A stretch of 60,017 nt of DNA from an uncultured Acidobacteriaceae bacterium (GTDB taxonomy: Bacteria; Acidobacteriota; Terriglobia; Terriglobales; Acidobacteriaceae). Below are positions 56,511 through 60,017 of the stretch, in pieces (position 1 is the stretch's first letter; each line of letters opens with the position of its first letter). The translations under genes and the position numbers were made by a program. The stretch spans positions 1 to 60,017 of the forward strand of contig CAXUDC010000001.1 in NCBI GenBank assembly GCA_964249685.1, given 5' to 3'. The notes beneath the pieces were generated by a model. It was not told where the DNA came from. It did no database searches and saw nothing but the letters and a program-made list of their open reading frames with translations.

Positions 56511-57260
56511 CTAGCGGGTAAGCACGAGCGGACCATCTTTTGTGATGGCGACGGTGTGCTCGAAGTGCGCGCTGTAGCTGCCGTCGACCGTGACCGCGGT
56601 CCAGCCGTCCTTGAGGACCTTGACCTCTGGTTTGCCGGCGTTGATCATCGGCTCGATGGCGAGGACCATTCCGGCCTTGAGGCGCGGGCCTTTGCCGCGA
56701 GTGCCGAAGTTGGGGATCTGCGGGTCTTCGTGCATGGTCTTGCCGATGCCGTGCCCGACGAACTCCTTGACGACGCCGAAGCCTTCGGCCTCGCACATGG
56801 TCTGGACGGTGGCGGAGATGTCGAAGAGCCGGCCGCCAACCTGCGCGCACTGGATGGCCGCCTCGAGCGAGCGGCGGGTGACGTCGAGCAGGCGCTGGGT
56901 GGTGGCGGTCTGCTTGCCGATAGCGTAGGTGACGGCGGCGTCCGAATAGAAACCGTCGAGGATGACGCCGCAGTCGATCGAGAGGATGTCGCCATCGCGC
57001 AAGATGGTTTTGACGCTGGGCATGCCGTGAACGACCTGGTCGTTGAGCGACGTGCAGAGCGCGGCGGGGAAGCCGTGATAGCCCTTGAACGCGGCTTTAG
57101 CCCCGAAGCTGTCGATCTTTTCGTTGGCCGCAATTTCGAGGTCCATGGTGCTGGCACCGGCGACGACGAGCGGGCGGATATGCTCGTGGACCTGGCGGAG
57201 CAGCTGCCCGGAGCGGCGCATCTTGTCGATCTCCGCGGGAGTTTTGATCATAATGGCCAT
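56511..57260 (-). CDS. map: Methionine aminopeptidase type I
   Basis: CTSLND.VVHG; SIDCG; SDAA; GHGIG..MHEDP; IEPM; SAHFEHT. Confidence 0.96.
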   Translation of the reverse strand: MAIMIKTPAEIDKMRRSGQLLRQVHEHIRPLVVAGASTMDLEIAANEKIDSFGAKAAFKGYHGFPAALCTSLNDQVVHGMPSVKTILRDGDILSIDCGVILDGFYSDAAVTYAIGKQTATTQRLLDVTRRSLEAAIQCAQVGGRLFDISATVQTMCEAEGFGVVKEFVGHGIGKTMHEDPQIPNFGTRGKGPRLKAGMVLAIEPMINAGKPEVKVLKDGWTAVTVDGSYSAHFEHTVAITKDGPLVLTR

Positions 57261-57262
57261 GG

Positions 57263-57967
57263 CTAGACGGCCCCGCGGAGACGTTGGAGTTGCGTGCGGA
57301 TGGAGTGGGTTACGTCGATGACGGAGGCGAATCCGTCGACCTCGGCGAAGCAGCCGGATTGGCGATAGTGCTCGATGGCGGGGCCTGTTTTCTGCTCGAA
57401 CTCTTGCATGCGCTGGTCGAAGATGGCTTCGGTATCGTCCTTGCGCTGGGTGAGGGGGGAGCCGTCTACGTCGCATACGCCCGCTTGTCTGGGCGGCTGC
57501 GTGTAGAGGTTATAGATGTGGCCCTGGGCGCAGAGGCGGCGGCCGGTGATGCGCTTGAGGAGGTCGTCGCGATCGACCTTGAGGTTGAGAGCCACGACCG
57601 GCAGCGCGCCCGGCGTGGAGGAAACAAAACTGTCGAGCCAGTCGGCCTGGGGCAGCGTGCGCGGAAAGCCGTCGAGGATGTAGCCGCACGCGCAGTCGGG
57701 CTTGCGGAGGCGGTCGGCGACCATGGCGTTGACGAGGTCGTCCGAGACGAGTTTGCCTTGCGCCATGAGCTTGTCGGCGGCGAGACCGAGTTCGGTATGG
57801 TTAGCGCGGTGCTCGCGCAGGAGATCGCCGGTCGAGATCTGCGGGATGCCGAAGTCGGCCATGAGGACCTTGGCCTGGGTTCCCTTACCGACGCCGGGGG
57901 GGCCGATGAGCAGGATGGGACCTGGAACGAAGGGTGCCGAGGCAGTTTGGGATTTGGTATCAGTCAC
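57263..57967 (-). CDS. adk: Adenylate kinase
   Basis: GPPGVGKGTQA; ISTGDLLR; LDGFPRT..QA; start approximate. Confidence 0.96.
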   Translation of the reverse strand: MTDTKSQTASAPFVPGPILLIGPPGVGKGTQAKVLMADFGIPQISTGDLLREHRANHTELGLAADKLMAQGKLVSDDLVNAMVADRLRKPDCACGYILDGFPRTLPQADWLDSFVSSTPGALPVVALNLKVDRDDLLKRITGRRLCAQGHIYNLYTQPPRQAGVCDVDGSPLTQRKDDTEAIFDQRMQEFEQKTGPAIEHYRQSGCFAEVDGFASVIDVTHSIRTQLQRLRGAV

Positions 57968-57980
57968 TGGTGGGGCCCGC

Positions 57981-59393
57981 CTACCAGCTGCGGCGGCCGC
58001 GGATGCGACCAGACTTGGGGGAGAAGCCGTCGTAGTGGCGCATGATGAGCTGCGACTCGATCTGCTGGATGGTGTCCATGGCGACACCGACGACGATGAG
58101 CAAGGAGGTGCCGCCGAAGTAGAAGTTGACTCCCAGGCCGTTTGTGACGAAGTTGGGCAGGCGGTCAAAGGCTGAGCCGATGAGCGGGATGTGGTTGAAG
58201 TGGATGCCGCTGATCAGCAGCGTGGGGATAAGCGAGATGATGATGAGGTAGACGGCCCCGACGAGCGTGATGCGCGTGAGGACATCGTTGATGAAGTCGG
58301 AGGTGCGCCGGCCGGGGCGGATGCCGGGGATGAAGCCGCCGTACTTGCGCATGTTGTCGGCAATGTCGTCCGGGCGGAAGACGATGGAGATATAGAAGTA
58401 CGCGAAGAAGATGATCGCGACGATGTAGGCGAGCTCGTAGAGGGGCTCGCCGGGGGCGATGGCCCGGAGGATGGGGCCAAGGAACTTGGTCTCGGAGAGC
58501 GGGCCGGAGCCGAAGAGGCTGGTGCCTGAGAAGAGCAGTGGGGCCGAGAGGATGGAGCTTGCGAAGATGACCGGCATGACGCCTCCGCTATTTACCTTCA
58601 GGGGCAGATGGGTGGATTGCCCGCCCATCATCTTGCGGCCGACGATGCGCTTGGCGTACTGCACGGGGATGCGGCGCTCGGAGCGCTCGACGAAGATGAT
58701 GAAGGCGACAACGGCAATCATCATGCCAACGAGGATCAGGATCGCAATGGGGGTAAACGCGCCCCAGGCGTTGGTGGTGGCCTTCTGGTAAAGGTCGGCG
58801 ATACCCTTGGGCAGGCCGACGACGATGCCCGTGAAGATGAGCAGGCTCATACCGTTACCGATGCCGCGCTCGGTGATCTGCTCACCCAGCCACATGATGA
58901 AGGCAGTGCCGGCGGTGAGGGTCAGGACGCACATGGGGATGAAGGCCCACTTGGACATCGTGACCATGGCCTCGCCAGTCGAGGTGTTGGTGAGCGTGAG
59001 CGCGATGGCGGTGGACTGCACGACGCCGAGCACGACCGTGACGTAGCGGGTCCACTGAGTGATTTTGCGGCGACCGAGCTCGCCTTCCTTTTGGAGCTTG
59101 GCGAGCGGCTCGTAGATGACGGTGAGCAGCTGGAAGATGATGGACGCGGTGATGTACGGCATAATGCCAAGCGCGAAGATGGTGAGCCGGCGCAGATTGC
59201 CGCCCGAGAAGAGATCGACTAGGCCGAGCGCGGAGCCGGAGTTCTGGTTGAAGAAGTCTGCCAGCAGCTTGGCATTGATGCCCGGCGTAGGAATGTGCGC
59301 GCCCAGACGATACACGGCCAGCAACCCGAGGGTGAAGAGGACGCGGGTGCGAAGGTCAGGAATCTTGAAAATGTTGGCGATCTTCTCGAACAT
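57981..59393 (-). CDS. secY: Preprotein translocase SecY
   Basis: IFALGIMPYITASII; GIGNG.SL; GVMPVIFA; FIPGIRPG; GGTSLLI. Confidence 0.98.
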   Translation of the reverse strand: MFEKIANIFKIPDLRTRVLFTLGLLAVYRLGAHIPTPGINAKLLADFFNQNSGSALGLVDLFSGGNLRRLTIFALGIMPYITASIIFQLLTVIYEPLAKLQKEGELGRRKITQWTRYVTVVLGVVQSTAIALTLTNTSTGEAMVTMSKWAFIPMCVLTLTAGTAFIMWLGEQITERGIGNGMSLLIFTGIVVGLPKGIADLYQKATTNAWGAFTPIAILILVGMMIAVVAFIIFVERSERRIPVQYAKRIVGRKMMGGQSTHLPLKVNSGGVMPVIFASSILSAPLLFSGTSLFGSGPLSETKFLGPILRAIAPGEPLYELAYIVAIIFFAYFYISIVFRPDDIADNMRKYGGFIPGIRPGRRTSDFINDVLTRITLVGAVYLIIISLIPTLLISGIHFNHIPLIGSAFDRLPNFVTNGLGVNFYFGGTSLLIVVGVAMDTIQQIESQLIMRHYDGFSPKSGRIRGRRSW

Positions 59394-59532
59394 CGTTGGG
59401 TCCTTGCTTGCTGCCTGGGGTGCGACTATTCTACGGCGCTATGAAGCATAAAGTACACAGCGAGGCCTAAAGTACACAACCCGCAAGGCGAAAGGTTGCC
59501 GAGGCAGCCCAGGCCTTGCGGGCGCTCGGGGG

Positions 59533-60012
59533 TTACGCTGCGGCGACGTCTTCGCCGATGATGATGGCCTTGCCGCCGGCGGCTTCGATCGCGGCCTTTG
59601 CGGCAGCAGAGAACTTGTGCGCGTGTACAGTCAGCGCAGCCGAGATGGCACCATTGTTCAGGACCTTGATGAGCGAGTTCTTGCGCCGGCGGAGACCCAT
59701 GGTGACGATCGTCTCGAGCGTGAACTCGGTCTCGTTGTGCTCGGCATTCAGCTCGGCGAGGCGGTCGAGGCCGACCACGGTGTACTCTACTCGGAAGATG
59801 TTGGTGAAGCCGCGCTTGGGCAGACGACGATGCAGCGGCATCTGACCGCCCTCAAAGCCGCGCATCAGGCTTGAGCCCGAACGCGAACCCTGGCCCTTGT
59901 GGCCGCGGGTAGAGGTCTTACCCATGCCCGAACCCATACCGCGGCCGACACGCTTCTTGTTCTCATTCGCCTTTTTGGGGGCGCGCAGATTGGAGAGATT
60001 ACGAATTGCCAT
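59533..60012 (-). CDS. rplO: 50S ribosomal protein L15
   Basis: RVGRG.GSG.GKT..RGHKGQ; FEGGQMPL.RRLPKRGF. Confidence 0.97.
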   Translation of the reverse strand: MAIRNLSNLRAPKKANENKKRVGRGMGSGMGKTSTRGHKGQGSRSGSSLMRGFEGGQMPLHRRLPKRGFTNIFRVEYTVVGLDRLAELNAEHNETEFTLETIVTMGLRRRKNSLIKVLNNGAISAALTVHAHKFSAAAKAAIEAAGGKAIIIGEDVAAA

Positions 60013-60017
60013 GGTGT

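Noticed and set aside
57261-58168. Long N-terminal extensions of map and adk ORFs (also rpsM, infA, mtnP, coaD)
   Set aside because: ORF-caller artefacts overlapping upstream genes or repeats; starts were reassigned by family N-termini.

Overview
High-GC bacterial chromosomal window, most consistent with Acidobacteriaceae (Granulicella/Terriglobus-like). This is inferred from the VWFA-related protein, Oar-type TonB receptors, NHL/Ig surface proteins and repeat style. Gene content from left to right: iscS, mocA-like, ACP, LLM oxidoreductase and xdhC; tRNA-Pro with a frameshifted HigBA-like TA pair; a VWA protein; a large NHL/Ig surface protein plus TonB-dependent receptor; dapF-ldcA-mpl; a Uma2 pseudogene; GT-C glycosyltransferase, pfkB, mtnP, ygfZ, DUF1844, MBL hydrolase, ribF and PBP1A; an S41 protease homologue; phosphoesterase plus SBP; tRNA-Met, kdsB, HAD, manB, manC and an aminotransferase; a decayed TonB receptor; coaD; an NHL lipoprotein; an M24 peptidase; and the end of the spc/alpha cluster (rplO to rplQ). 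No CRISPR, transposase or phage genes were seen. Most unusual observations: (1) multi-kb blocks of strong C/G strand skew that ignore gene direction but track the orientation of several REP-like repeat families; (2) a C-terminal Ig domain split by a TM-RRR-TM-lipobox insert, a candidate acidobacterial surface-anchoring signal; (3) DapF with Ser in place of both catalytic Cys; (4) an S41 protein lacking both catalytic residues, boxed by composite inverted repeats; (5) repeats recruited into coding sequence; (6) CTG/ATT-start genes, leaderless genes and a small protein missed by the ORF track. All calls come from manual reading; no database searches were run.
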